Shown: positions 50,130 through 63,311, counted from the first letter of the stretch. The stretch is DNA of 64,000 nucleotides from Amphiscolops sp. MND2022 (GCA_964187785.1 OZ076413.1:20956001-21020000); one strand, 5' to 3'. Notes: generated from the sequence alone by a model not told the origin. Program-made: numbers and translations.

Positions 50130-51662
50130 ATGGAAGCTAAGTGGAAGAAACTTATTGCGAATCGGGATCGAGCGGTCGCCGACGTTGCTTCCTATAATCA
50201 GCTCATTGAGGAAGCTATCGAACGGAAATCGAGGACAGTTAAACTCGACCGATTTGTGGATGAGTGTACTAAAGCCTTCCAAAGTGCAGTCGAATTCAAT
50301 CAAAGCCTAGTACAATTGGCTTCAGGAGCAGAAAATGCCTCTCAATTGGTGCCTCCACTAGAGTCGTGGTTGGAAGAATTTGTCCAAAACCATGACGATA
50401 GGATGCAATATTATAAAACTGCGCGGGCTGCTGCACCCCCCAGCGTGGCCAGCGCGTCCAAAAAATCAGACAGGGGTGAGTACTTACGCGAACTGCCACA
50501 TACAACTGACGATTCACTGTCGGGAAAGGGTTCTGCAAAAAAGGGACCTGTTTCAGTGTCCCGAAGCGGTCGCGCAGCTAGCAAACCCAGCTGTCATTCG
50601 AATATTGAGGCCTCCAGCCAGGTCGCATCTTTGACTCCAAGCCAGCGTAAATTAGAACAGCGTCTGGCCAAACTTAGGCGGGAGGAAGCCGAGCGTAAAG
50701 CAGAAGCTGAAATTTCTCTGGCTCGGCAAAAAGCAGATTTAGCTCGTCAACAGACTGATCTGCAAGCGAACTTGGACATTCGGATCGCCGAAGAAAATCA
50801 ACGGCAGATAGTCGCGCAGGCCAGGATCGAAGAAGCGGTGTATGATAGTGCAGACGAGAGTGATTGGGGAAGCATCCAACCTCGACCCCTCTTCGCAAGT
50901 CTGATTGGCTCTAACGAAGCGCGGACGAACGAATGGGTAAGGACCGGCGGTAATGAACCTCAAAGAACATCACCCACTTCCAACCTGGGGACCGGGGGCG
51001 AAGTGAACCAGCCTCAACCTATCTCAAGCCTACCTGTTGTTGTACCGCCGAGTGTGGCAAGTGTTGTGTACGCCACAACTGAACCATTTTCTCAAATTGA
51101 ACCAGTTTTCCCGCAAACAACCAGTTTCTTTGTTCCGTGGTCCAACCCAATCGAACAAGGACCATCAACACCGACACTTACACAACCACAACCCTCCATT
51201 TTTGAACCTCTTGAGAATTCGAACGTGGTTCCTCCTATTGCCGCGGCATTTCCCAACTTCCAAATGCCTGTTCACCAACAACCAGTAGTGACAAGTCTTA
51301 CCAGTCATCTTTCGAACGCGATTGCAAGTCCGGCTGCTCATGTGGCTCCCACTGGTCCAAAGTTCCAGTTCAGTGCGCCACTTGAAAATGTGCCAAGCCA
51401 AGTGCAAGCCCCGGTTCCCAGCAATGTTAATATTGGTGGAACAGCTTTCTACGCGCCCGCAAGCACCATGTGGGCTCCAACCATGCCAAACCTGGTTCCA
51501 AAACCCAGCGTTCTCCAACACGCCACCAACCCAGGTGTTCCAATTTTTCCCAACCACGTCCCAACATCTAGCGTTCACCAACCTGCTAGTAATCTCAATT
51601 TTGCCGCACCTGTCTACAAACACCAAGCCAGAATGGCAACGGACTTTCGCCTGCAGACGTAG
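50130..51662 (+). CDS. gag: BEL Gag N-terminal region (coiled-coil and Pro/Ser-rich), out of frame with the downstream polyprotein
   Basis: 510-aa ORF. The -1 frame opens near 51600 into ADVAKLIAATRKEPLPEWKLPEFSGDPLQWPEWF, the typical BEL Gag (DUF1759) start. Confidence 0.85.
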   Translation: MEAKWKKLIANRDRAVADVASYNQLIEEAIERKSRTVKLDRFVDECTKAFQSAVEFNQSLVQLASGAENASQLVPPLESWLEEFVQNHDDRMQYYKTARAAAPPSVASASKKSDRGEYLRELPHTTDDSLSGKGSAKKGPVSVSRSGRAASKPSCHSNIEASSQVASLTPSQRKLEQRLAKLRREEAERKAEAEISLARQKADLARQQTDLQANLDIRIAEENQRQIVAQARIEEAVYDSADESDWGSIQPRPLFASLIGSNEARTNEWVRTGGNEPQRTSPTSNLGTGGEVNQPQPISSLPVVVPPSVASVVYATTEPFSQIEPVFPQTTSFFVPWSNPIEQGPSTPTLTQPQPSIFEPLENSNVVPPIAAAFPNFQMPVHQQPVVTSLTSHLSNAIASPAAHVAPTGPKFQFSAPLENVPSQVQAPVPSNVNIGGTAFYAPASTMWAPTMPNLVPKPSVLQHATNPGVPIFPNHVPTSSVHQPASNLNFAAPVYKHQARMATDFRLQT

Positions 51663-54600
51663 CTAAGCTCATTGCGGCAACACGCAAGGAGCCCTTACCA
51701 GAATGGAAACTGCCTGAGTTTTCGGGCGACCCTCTCCAATGGCCCGAGTGGTTTGGTCAATTCAAAAGTGCAGTTGACTCTGCAACATTGACAGATGCCG
51801 CCAAAATGACTTACCTGAAAACACTAGTAACCGGCAAGGCCAAAGCGGTTATCGAAGGGTTTGCATACTGTGGCGACATGTATCAAGAAGCATTGAAGGC
51901 ACTTGAACTCAAGTATGGCCAACCTCAAACGGTTGTTAGTGCACATTTGGAGAAGCTTGGTAGCTGGCCGAGCGTGAAGATGCATAACTCGGAAAGCCTA
52001 ATTGCCTATGCCAATGTGATATCCAGTCTGGTGGGTGTATTCAAATCACTTGGGTTTGATGCGGACCTCCGAAGTTCCACGCTCCTGATGCAAGCTGTTA
52101 GCAAATTGCTACCAAATCTCAAGGAGGCGTGGGCGATGTATACTGTCAACCGAAAATTTTCGCGGCCGACGCTGAACGAATTCAATGAATGGCTGCAGCA
52201 GAAGAGTGAAGCCCATGATCGCATGCAGGCTATGCCTAGTGGGCGAAGCAAGCTCGACCAAGAGGGTAAAGCAAAAAATGCGAGCAGAGCTTATCCTTCC
52301 GCAACCCAGGGTAGGCCACAGTCCTCAAGTACAGGCCAGAGAACTCAAAAGACTACGCTGCAACCGACAACACGTGAACCTTGTGCAAACTGTCAAGGTC
52401 CCCATCCAATCTTTAGGTGCCCCGGCTTTTTGAAAATGACGGCAACAGAGCGAGCAAAACTAGTGGCAGAGAAAGGTTCTTGCTTTTCATGTTTGGGCAA
52501 CGGGCATGGATTCCGACAGTGCACCCGCAATATGAAATGTCCTAACGATGGTTGTAACAGCTCTCATAACAGATTGTTACACGGAGCCGAGCGCGTTTAT
52601 CCTCGCAGAACATCGGGACAAAGAATGTCAACTTCCGGCGGTGCTAACAAACAAGGCGCGTCCGAACCGAATCGGACCACCGCATTAATGAACTCCAATC
52701 TAATTGAGAACAACGTTGAGACAACTTCCATGCCTGCAACGGTTAAAGGGCTGCTCCAAATAGTAAAGGTTGAAGTTGCCGCACCCAGTAAAAGTATACA
52801 GGTTATGGCCCTTTGCGACACAGGTTGCACCCATTCCTGGATTACCTCCCGACTAGCGAATGAGTTGACGCTTGAATGTGAACCAACTAAGTTAACAGTG
52901 AAGGGGTTCAATTCAAAGAGAGAAATCAGAACCGCACAGGTCAATATTACGTTGAGATCCGTCGACCTCAAATCTTCGGTGGAATTCGCCGTCCGTCCGT
53001 TCACCAAAGATGACTTGGGTGTTGGTTCCGACGAAATTGATCTCGAAGCTCTCAAAAGAAAGTTCCCTCACTTAACCGTAGTACCTGGTAACCGCATCAG
53101 CTACTCAGACGTTGAGTTGATTTTGGGGCAAGATATCTACGAAGCAATTCGACCCATAGAATACGTCAAGCCTCCCGGGAAGAATGTACCAATGGCAGTT
53201 CTCCTGCCGCTAGGATGGGTAACAAGTGGCCCTGTGGATTCCGCCACAGCGTTTTTGAGTTCAATGTTCAAAGTATCATGTACAACCGCAGACCAAGACT
53301 TGACGGAAGAAGTCCGGCGATGGTACGACATCGAGTCATTCGGCACTCTGAAAGATGTCACCCCCCGGTCAAAGGCGGATGCTAAAGCCACAGAAATCCT
53401 TGAGCGAGCTACCCGGCACGACGGAGAGAGGTACGAAGTAGGGATGCTGTGGGCAGAAGAAAACAGCTCATTGCCCAACAATTTCTTCTCGGCGCTGGCC
53501 CAACTCAAGTCATTGGAAAGGCGTTTAGAAAAAGATGACGACCTCAAACAAAAGTACGCAGCAACCATCGCCGACGATTTCAGTAAGGGTTACATCGAAC
53601 AAGTCGACCCCAAAAACGACACCGTGAAATCTACGCGCGAATGGTACTTACCACACCATCCAATTATCCATCCGAACAAGCCTGGAAAAGTTCGACGTGT
53701 GCTGAATGGAGCGGCCAATTTCCGTGGTCACTCACTGAACAAGTCGTTGCTGACAGGACCAGACCTGTTACAAAACTTGGTGTCCATCAGTTTGAGGTTC
53801 CGTAGGCATGCCTTCGCTGTCTCTGCGGATATCGAAGCTATGTTTTTACAAGTAGGCGTTCCTGAAAGCGATCGCCCCTCCATTCGATTTTTGTGGCGGG
53901 AGGACCCCAACTCCGAACTAGTTGTGTATCAGTACACAAGGCACATTTTCGGTGCCAAAGACTCCCCCACTTGTGCAAACTACGCACTACGCCGAACCGC
54001 AGAAGACAACCGTAATGAACACCCTGAGATAGTGTCAATTGTGGAGAAAAATTTCTATATGGACGACTATCTGGATAGTTGTCCGTCCAAAAACGAATCT
54101 TTGCAGCGCAGCAGAGAACTAACTTGCCTGCTGCAGAAGGGCGGATTCAAACTAACAAAGTTTGTGGGAAATTTTCCAGAGCTCGAGCAGATTGAACCAC
54201 CGGTAGACTCAAAGGAGTCCTTACATGTCTTGGGTCTAGAATGGAACCACAAACAAGACACATTAGTCGTCAGCAGAGGAACAAGAAAACCCGTTAAGGA
54301 ACCGATTACACAACGAACTATCTTGAGTTGTGTTGCATCAGTTTTCGACCCTATTGGTTTGGTGGCACCCTACACCGTAAAAGCGAGGTTGATTTTGAAA
54401 GATATATGGAGAACGAGTGGCCAGAACTGGGACGCACCGCTGCCAACAGAAATGACACAGGAGTTCCTCAGCTGGAGCGACGCCTTGCCACTCCTGAACG
54501 ACATTCAGATCAAAAGACCATACTTCGAGTCTGAACCAGATGAAGTAGAACTCCACGTTTTTGGAGATAGCTCTCAGTTAGCCTTCGGGGCGGTTGTTTT

Positions 54601-56656
54601 TCTTCGAGGACGTCTAACTGAGGTCAATGGGAGTTGGAAAACCCAATTAGCTTTCGTGTTCGGCAAGGGCAGAGTCGCACCAATGAAAGTACTTTCAGTT
54701 CCGAAGCTGGAGTTACAAGCTGCCTTACTTGCAGCCAGACTGAAGTCCGTTGTGTGCGACGCACTTGATTTTAATTTCTCAAGAACTTTCATGTGGACTG
54801 ATAGCACCACTGTTATTCAATGGTTGCATTCCGAAGCCAAACAGCCCGTGTTTATTGCGAACCGGGTGAGCGAGATACTCGAACTCACCAGCATTGATCA
54901 GTGGAGCCATGTGGGAACCACTGACAACCCCGCTGATGACGTCACTCGTGGTTTACCCATAGAAAGCCTCAACGATAGTGCGTGGGTGAAAGGTCCAGCA
55001 TTCTTGAAAATCGATCAATGGCCCTTTCGAGCGCCAGACGTCAGAGAACTGCTAGCCAGGAAGGGAACACCCACCCAACACGCGGTATCTTCGGATGAAA
55101 CCGAGTCTGTCCTGGTTGACAGCTTCCTGACCAAGCTCTCTAAAGGTCCGATTATGAACTTTCAGTTGTTCAGTAACTACCGTAAAATTGTGCGCGTGTT
55201 AGCGTATGTGTTGCGCGCCTGCCTTCCGTCCTCAAGAGATAGCCTCACAATCGAACCAGCCGAGTTCGATCGAGCTGAAGTTAAACTTCTGGTTCTCGTT
55301 CAACAAGACTGTTTTGCTGATGAATATCGAGCTTTGCAAAGAGGCGAAACTGTCTCAAAAACCAGCAAGACCCGCAACCTTACTCCTTTTCTAGGCTCTG
55401 ATGGCCTTATGAGATGTACCGGAAGACTCCGACGTCTTTCCGAAGCCGAATTCCATATGAAACATCCCATAATACTCGACGGCCGTTATCACGTGGTGAG
55501 ATTGCTGTTAAAGTGTCTGCACGAAGAGCATCACCACCAGGGTGTGGAATACATGAGGGCCCTGGTGCAACAACGATTTGCAGTGATATCCGGCAGAAGT
55601 GCTATCCGATCTCTGCAGTCGAGCTGCGTGACTTGTCGACGCTTCCGAGCCAAGGCACCAGAACCTCTGATGGCGGACTTACCCAAAGAGCGTCTCGGTT
55701 CCGGAAAAGCGCCGTTCACATACACTGGTGTAGATTATTTTGGACCACTGTACGTCACCGTCCGCAGATCTACCGTGAAAAGATGGGTATTTCTCTTTAC
55801 CTGCCTGACCACTCGAGCTGTGCACATTGAAGTTGCGCACTCCCTCAACACAGATTCGTGTGTCATGGGGATTGAGCGCTTCATAGCACGTAGAGGTCGT
55901 CCATATGTCATATTTTCTGACAATGGGACCAATTTCATCGGGGCCGAGAAGGAACTGGTCACGCATTTCCGACAAGTCAAAAGCAAAGTAGCGGCAGACC
56001 GCTTGGCTGGAAAAGGCATCTGCTGGAAATTCAACCCACCGGCGGCACCGCATCATGGTGGCTCTTGGGAACGATTGGTGCAGAGCTGCAAGCGCCTTTT
56101 TTACCGAATTCTCGGCACTAGGCGGCTCACCGATGAAGTTTTAAGCACCACGCTCTGCCTGGTTGAGCAATTTGTCAACAATAGACCTCTGGTCCCGGCC
56201 AGTTCCGACCCTACTGACCTGAATGCTCTCACACCTAATCATTTTTTGATTGGGGGAACATCTTCCAGCTTTCCTTTTGAAGATCAGGGAGAGCGAGAAA
56301 CATTCAACTACAGGAAAAGGTTTCAGCAGGCACAAGCGTACGCAAATGTGATCTGGACGCGTTGGTTAAAAGAGTATGCTCCAACTTTGAATGTACGTCG
56401 GAAATGGAACGTCCCTAACGCAAGTCTGAAGAAAGGTGATCTGGTCTGGTTGGTCAACCAAACCAACCCCCGAGGCAATTACCCGCTCGGGCGCATCGAA
56501 GAACTTACCTACGGAGCGGACGGTATTGCCAGGTCGGGAACAGTGAGGACTAACGCTGGCCAACTTGTCCGACCGGTGACCAAGTTGGTACCGGTGTTCG
56601 ACGCATCTTCTTTGGGGCTGGAGGATGTCGCGTGCGCGCGCGAATTGAATCATTGA
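51600..56656 (+). CDS. pol: BEL/Pao Gag-Pol: DUF1759, three Cys-His knuckles, protease, RT, RNase H, integrase, DUF5641
   Basis: Open 1622-aa ORF (51788-56656) that can be extended upstream. CANCQGPHPIFRC, CFSCLGNGHGFRQC, ALCDTG, YMDDYLDS, LHVFGDSS, GVDYFGP, FSDNGTNF, HHGGSWERLV. The stop lies inside the 3' LTR. Confidence 0.97.
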
Positions 56657-57716
56657 CATTTGCAAGCATCAATCATTGTTATGTCAATTAAAACTGAGTG
56701 ACGTAGAAGTACTTGAAATCCATTTGACCGCTCGTTTGCACTTATGTAATCGTTTACATAATCACCATAAAAAAGACATCTTTTGTGATGTTCCGTCAGT
56801 CTAAAGTGTCTGAGTTAATTGTATTTGATTCCTTTGTCTGTGTACAAAGGTCACATTTAATTTGAAACATTTGAGTTCGTCTATTTATAAAGTTTGTCTA
56901 TTTCTTTTGCTTGTTTGATTTGTATGTAAACAAGACTTCTCAGTCTTGCCCAAAAAAGAAAACGGCCATAAGCCGAAAAAGATGATAATTCAAAAGTTGT
57001 CACACCGATTCCTTTTCAATGTACCAAAGTCAAGTACACTCACCAGATGCTTGATGATTTGTGTGAAGGCTCTACATGTGTTGTTTTACATGTATTTAGT
57101 AGCGCTGACTACGTCCCCCTTTTTTTTTTGTTCGTCTTGAGTTTTATGCTTGGGATCACGATTAATTTACATGAGGCATGGTGGTTACTTGCGTAGCCAC
57201 CACTCAAGACAGTGTTTCATTGACGGAGGTTTACCCACAGGTCTCGGAAAGTGGTATTGACGCCCTGTGGTTACACCAAGGTGAACGAACGGAGCTGCAA
57301 CGCTCCTTCCCAATGATCGAACTAATGTGTTGCATGCTATATATACCCTAAGTGCGTGTGTTTTAACGGGTGTTTAATAACGTAGGTGTCGTTCTAAGGT
57401 GTCAATCATTTTGCATTTTACATATATTATTTTAGTTGTAAAAGTGAGCGTTAGTTCTGACGTCGTCAACGCTGATGTGTGTCATGAGACGTCATCACTC
57501 GTAACGTGTGTCAAATGTTAACGTCAGTTTAATGGAAAATGGGTTTCCCCATGTTCATTACACTTTGCGGCAAGGGGTGGTGTGATCCATCCCTTGTTCC
57601 GAATTTCGATCATGTGGTGATGATGACTACATGTATATTGTACTGTTGTTCTTTCTGACACGAGGCGAAGCCTACGAATTACCAGTAAGAACTACAGCGT
57701 CGCGACTTAAAGTCTA

Positions 57717-58109
57717 ATGAGGGTGACGACTGCATGTTACTGTCCAAGGAAGATGTTGTTGTTTTCGTTGATTGGGAAGGTTTTTGCCGTCGCAAAAACC
57801 CATACAAAACTAACATCGAATCCACTTGCTAAAGAGCAAGCTTCATCTGAATGTTTGCACAACCACACAGACGCGCTTTTGATGACGCACCCACACAGCC
57901 GAACCACATCATGGTTTGTCAGGGCGGAAGTGTAAGTCTAGATTTTGGCAACGTAACTTAAACGGGTCAGCGGTTTCTTTTACATTCTCAACTGTGGACT
58001 GTGACGTGTTCAAAAAACAGTTTAGTTTAATTGATTCAGGGTTAGTGGGCACAGAATTCCCAAGCAATTCCTTTGAATTTGTGTGGTCGAGATTTTTCGT
58101 GAATTGCAT
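57717..58109 (-). pseudogene. Small Cys-containing accessory ORF downstream of integrase (~130 codons, 3 internal stops)
   Basis: A single frame reads MQFTKNLDH...HFRPDKP*CGSAVWVRHQKRVCVVVQTFR*SLLFSKWIRC*FCMGFCDGKN... Confidence 0.5.
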
Positions 58110-58383
58110 AAATTAGTAGGTCGTTTACGTGTGTATTAAATGTACTCAATGATTTCCGGTTGGAGTGATGTGGTGTATATGACTGCATTACATGTATTTA
58201 CTTTCGTGCTCAGCTGTCTCGGTAGAGAGTAACATTTTACTCTGCCGGTAAACTAATTTTATGTAGGACAGTGAGTATCAGTCGTCACTGAATGGTGGAA
58301 AGTGAATAGAGAAATTCGATGGTGTGATAGTTGCATGTGGTGGAGTAAACTACATCGTATTGATTACATGTATTTTCATTTTT

Positions 58384-61300
58384 CTATTGGTTTGCAGATT
58401 TGCGTTGCATGAATTTTAGGAGTGCGGGCTTTGCTTGCAGTTCATGAACTAGAAAGTTGTCAAACGTTTTAGGCACTGGTGCCTCACGAAGACTGTATCG
58501 GGTAATATTATTTCGTGTAATTGGCTGGGATGTTTCGGCAGATGATGTGGTCGATGCCGCATCATTATTTGGATGGATTTGTTGTTCAGGCAGTTGATCA
58601 GGAGACGGCGTGTACATTTCATTTGATTGAATTTCAGCTTCAGATCGATGCGTACTGTCGGTGTGGACGGTCTCAGGTAGAGGGTTATCCAGAGGTGGTA
58701 CCTCATGAACCCTTTTGTGTTCGTAATAGATTGTTCCATGCTCAGTGTTGACTGTGTCAGTTTCATTTGTGTCTATTTCTACTGTGTTTTCAGCGGGAGG
58801 TAGCGTTTCTGATGCAGATAGATTATCGTTGAATATTGATTGATCGTCGATTTCGTCGGGATCACTATAGTGTCGTGATGCATCGTCGTGTATGTCTTCG
58901 ATGGGATCGTGTGGTACGAATGGGCGAAGCCGCTCTCTATGTACGCACTGTGTTCGGAATGTACCAACTTTTCTGATGATATAGTTTGACTGCGACAGGA
59001 CTTTAACTACCTTGTAAGGTCCTTCCCATTTGAAAGAATTGAAAGGGATTTTTTCAGATTGCTGGCCAATTTTGGGGTTCAGTAAAAAGACAAAGTCGTT
59101 TACTTTTAAAGGTGACGCTTGCGCTTTCCTGTCATAATACGACTTGTATTTATGGAAAGCACGGATTATGTTGGTGTGTGTCTCTTTGAATTTCGCATTC
59201 AGGTTATCCACTAACGTCTTCGTGTCAACAGCGTTTCGAGGCGGATTGAGGGGGTTGCTGAACTTCAGATCTAGTGCATTGTATGGTACTCGACCGTGGA
59301 AGACTTCAGTTGGAGAGCATTTCAGAGTCTGGTGGTAAGTCGTGTTATGTGCCATCACAGCGGGATTGACGTATCGGTCCCATTGTGGGCGGTCCACGGA
59401 AACGTTTATTTTCAGGACTTGTTTCAAGCGTTGATGTGATCTCTCGATCATCCCAATTGTTTGGGCATGTTTAATCGTTGCGTGGGAGACTTTGATCCCG
59501 GCTTTGTTCATCAGTTCAGTTATGACTTCGGACGTAAAGGCGGAACCTTTGTCGGTGATAATGTGTTTCGGTACATATGCATGTTTTGTGAAAATGTCTA
59601 GCAGAGCATTGACGACGGATTTCGTGTCAGGTTTGCGGATCGGGATAGCAAACAGATAACGTGAAAAATAGTCACAGGCCGTCAGAATGTGTGAGTACCC
59701 ATTAGATCGCCGTAACTCACCTACGAGATCAATTTCAAGAACATCCTCAGGACCGTTGCAGGGGTCATAAATTGGTTCGAGTGGAGGTGTCAGAGTGTTT
59801 GGTTTTGCAGGTTACGTTTTAATACATTCTTGGCAGTTGTTTACAAACTCTTGGACCTTTTCCGTTACGTTTGGGACGTAGTACCTTTTCCTTAGTTCAC
59901 TTAGCATTTTGGAAGCGCCAGGGTGTCCCTGTATGGGGTCGCCATGCATCGTCCTGATTATGGCTTCCGTCGTTTCTGGAGGAACTACAATTTGTCGGTA
60001 AGCTAGATGACCTAGATTGTCAAAGAACTGTCTGTACAAGACGTTGTTTACAACTTCAAGTCTCTTACGGTTTTTAAACAGTTTTTGAAAAAAGGTACTT
60101 TTGAAGTTCACGTGGTTCGGAGGAGTTTCTTGGGCAGTAAGGATCTTAATTACACGTTGTACTTCACTACTTTCGCTTTGAGCCTTAACAATCTCTGAAA
60201 CCCCCGAAGGGCATACCTGATTTACCATGTGAACCTGGTCCCGTTGGTAAAACCGGGTGAAGAGAAGAGCTGGGTCAGAGGGCGTCACAAATGGTTCTAT
60301 CTGGGACTTCATTCCCTCGATTCGTCCGTTGTATTGTTCTTCACGTTCGCGGTGTTGTTGTGGGAACATCGTCATCAGCGTTTGCAATGTTGGGTTCGAT
60401 GACGTGGTGACATCCGGTGCATCATGGTCATCCGGGATGTACTCCTCCTCGTCATCGTCTTGTTTGGGCGTCTTGGATGCCAGGTCGATTTCCACCTTGA
60501 AGACCGGTATCTCGTCGTGCAGTTTGAGGTGGATCCTGTCTGCTGGATTGATGTCGATCCTGGACAGGTAATCGGCTGCTGGATTCTCGATGCCAGGGAC
60601 GTGGGCCAGAACGAAGTCGAATTGGAGGGCTTGGTCGCAGTAGTTCCACAACTTGGGTGGTATCCGCTTTGACTGAAAGAATCTTGTGAGGGCTTTGTTG
60701 TCCGTCATGACTATGGTTGGTTTCTTCACACTCACAAGATATGGGCGAACTCGTCGAAGGCGAAGTGCATAGCCAGGAACTCTTTTGCGTACATCGTGAG
60801 TGACATCTGGCCCTCGGTAAACCTTTGTGAACCAAAGACAACTGGTGCATATGACTTCGTCGGTCCGTCATTTGTCTCGGTGTAGTCCTCAATAAAGAGA
60901 ACGTATCCAGCTGCGTGCTCGCTGGCATCACACATGATCACTAGCTGTTTGTCCGGAAGTGGAACCTCAATGACATCTTAGCAGCATTCGCCAAGTTCTC
61001 GTTGATGTCAAATATCCCGTCTTTGTGGACTTGCGTGAGTTGGAATTTGACGTCCTTTTGCAACAACTTGTATAGAGGCACTAACTTCTCAGCTAGTCTC
61101 GGTATGTACTGTCGGTAGAATTGTACAAACCCAATGTATCGCTGAAGTGATTTCACTGAAGTCGGCAGTTTGATATTTTTCAGGAAGTCGTCAATCTTCT
61201 TCTCGATGGGCCCGATGCCTTTGCTGGTGATGCTTCTGCCAAGGAATTCGATCTCGGGATGACCAAATGCACACTTCGACATCGAGAGTTTGAGCCCAGC

Positions 61301-63120
61301 TTGCCTGACTTTGGTGAAGACGGCCTCGATGTTGTCGACTAGTTCTTCGACAGTACTGGCTGCAATGCCGATGTCGTCAACGTACTGGGCACATTTGTCA
61401 GCCTTGACCAGGGGGTCCAAATACTCTCGAACAGTACTGTTAAAGGCTGACAGGGACCGGTTTAATCCTTGGGCTAGTCTGAGGAAGGCAAATGTTCTGC
61501 TTCCGAAATTGAATGCGAGTAACTGAATTGACTGTTCATCTGCCATCTGCAAGCAGTGGTACGCTTGCGAACAATCCAGTTTGCAGAAATATCGCTTTCC
61601 AGCCATGTGTTGTGCTGCATCGGCCATCGTCGTTACTGGGTGGTTATGCTGGTTGTAGTCGTTCTTCAGTAGGTGGTTGATCCTCCTAAGGTCTACGAGG
61701 ATTCTCAGTTTTTCCATTCGGTTTCCGTTGGGCGAAGATGGGTGATGAATATTTGCTGTACGGCAATGTTGTGATTATCCCGTACTCCTGCATCAACGCC
61801 AATTCAACTAGGAGGTCGTCTTTCAAGTTCGTTGGTGTAGGCAAACTTTGTGCATAAACTGGTTCATCGTGCTTAGGAGTCAACTTTATCTTGAATTCAA
61901 AGTTGATCCCGATGTCTAATCTATGCCTGGCGAAGATGTCATGGTATTTAACCAATAGGGCCTCAACTTGCTGTTTCTCGTGCGGGCTCAGTATTGATTG
62001 TTCCCACTGAAAACATGCCAAAAATTCATGCCGCTGATCATCCTTCGTCGTTGGGTCTCCTGCTCCTTGAGTTTGACGATCTCCTCATAGATGCGGTTCT
62101 CGATTTTGTTCAGTTTTGACGGGTCGTCGCATGTCTCAGGGGTAGGGTACCATCGTTTGTCTGATTTGGCAGTGGGGTCCTGGAAAATCTGGTTCAGGAC
62201 AGCTTCGGCTTCATCTGGGTACCGCGAAATCAGATTCAGTTGGTGATCGGTCATTGGCTGCAGATTGGTTGCTTGTTTTGGCGTCAATATTTTGAATGAT
62301 GCTACAGCCGTGCCCACATTGATTGTTATCTGGTAATCTAACGGATTGGTTATCTGGACGTGAGTCCGGCCCTCCTGGGTTTCGCTTAGAGCCGGTGACA
62401 CCAGTAGTTGTGTGCGTCGTTCAAAGGCTGGTAGTCCTTCAACTGTACCGGTGATGTCACCCAAATCACGTTCAATCACTACTGGAGCAAAGGCTTGTTG
62501 ATTGGGCTGGAGTACTATCTTCTGTGTGATCTTCAGTTCTAGCATTTTGTTTTTAAACCTCCCGTTGACTCGTCGCAATTGGAGTGTGATGTCCTGGAAT
62601 TTGACGATATTTTTGGCCAGATCCAAGGTGACGGAATACTTTTTAAAGAAAGACATTCCTATGAGGATGTTTCCCATCGTTGGGAGTACCATGAATGTCT
62701 CCTCGATGATTTTTCCTCCAATAAAAATCGTAGGAGGACTTGTTTTCTCACGGGTACAAAGTTACCATTGGCTATCTGTACTTTGAACTCCGGGGCGGGG
62801 AGTTCCTCAAGAAGTGCTGCTGGGTGAGCGGTGAGGATTCGACGGAGTTCAGCTTCTGAGAGGGCGCTTTGGATTGCGCCGGTGTCTAGTAAACCGAAGT
62901 TCTCATATGCACGGAATTGGAGTGGTTCATAGAGCATCCTATCTTTCTTGTTGAGTTGGAGGGTGGCACTCAGCTGGCGTATTTCATACCTCGGTTTTTT
63001 GGGTATTTTCGGTAATTTGGCAGATGTGGTCGTTGTATCGGCATTTGGTTGATTGAAGGCTGTGTCATTGGGGGGGGGGGGGAGCTGATTGATGTTGTTG
63101 ACTTGTGGTCTTGGCTTCAT
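58384..63120 (-). pseudogene. pol: Gypsy pol (PR, dUTPase-like insert, RT, RH, IN) with several frameshifts and a stop
   Basis: ORFs 62659-63120, 61988-62692, 61686-62021, 60941-61717, 60732-60941, 59812-60735 and 58384-59511. Confidence 0.93.
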
Positions 63121-63311
63121 CTCTCTCGGTTTAATGGTGTAATTGTTAGTCGAGTGTCTGGTAATGACAAAGTTTGTAGTCTCTTTAGTGTAAGTTGAAG
63201 AACGGGGCTGCCACCCCTTCTGGTTTTCAGTATGTAGTTGAGTCGGAGTCGTAGTTTGTGGTTTTTGATTTGATAGCGCACTTTTGTATGATTGCGGAGG
63301 ATGACGTGGCT

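Larger units (their letters stand above)
48348..57038 (+). mobile_element. BEL/Pao LTR retrotransposon, 8,691 bp, nearly intact
   Basis: LTRs at 48348-48767 and 56626-57038 (TG...CA, a few substitutions and a 7-bp indel). CTCAC TSD at 48343-48347 and 57039-57043. PBS 48773-48782, PPT ggggctggagga 56614-56625. Domain order Gag-PR-RT-RH-IN. Confidence 0.98.
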
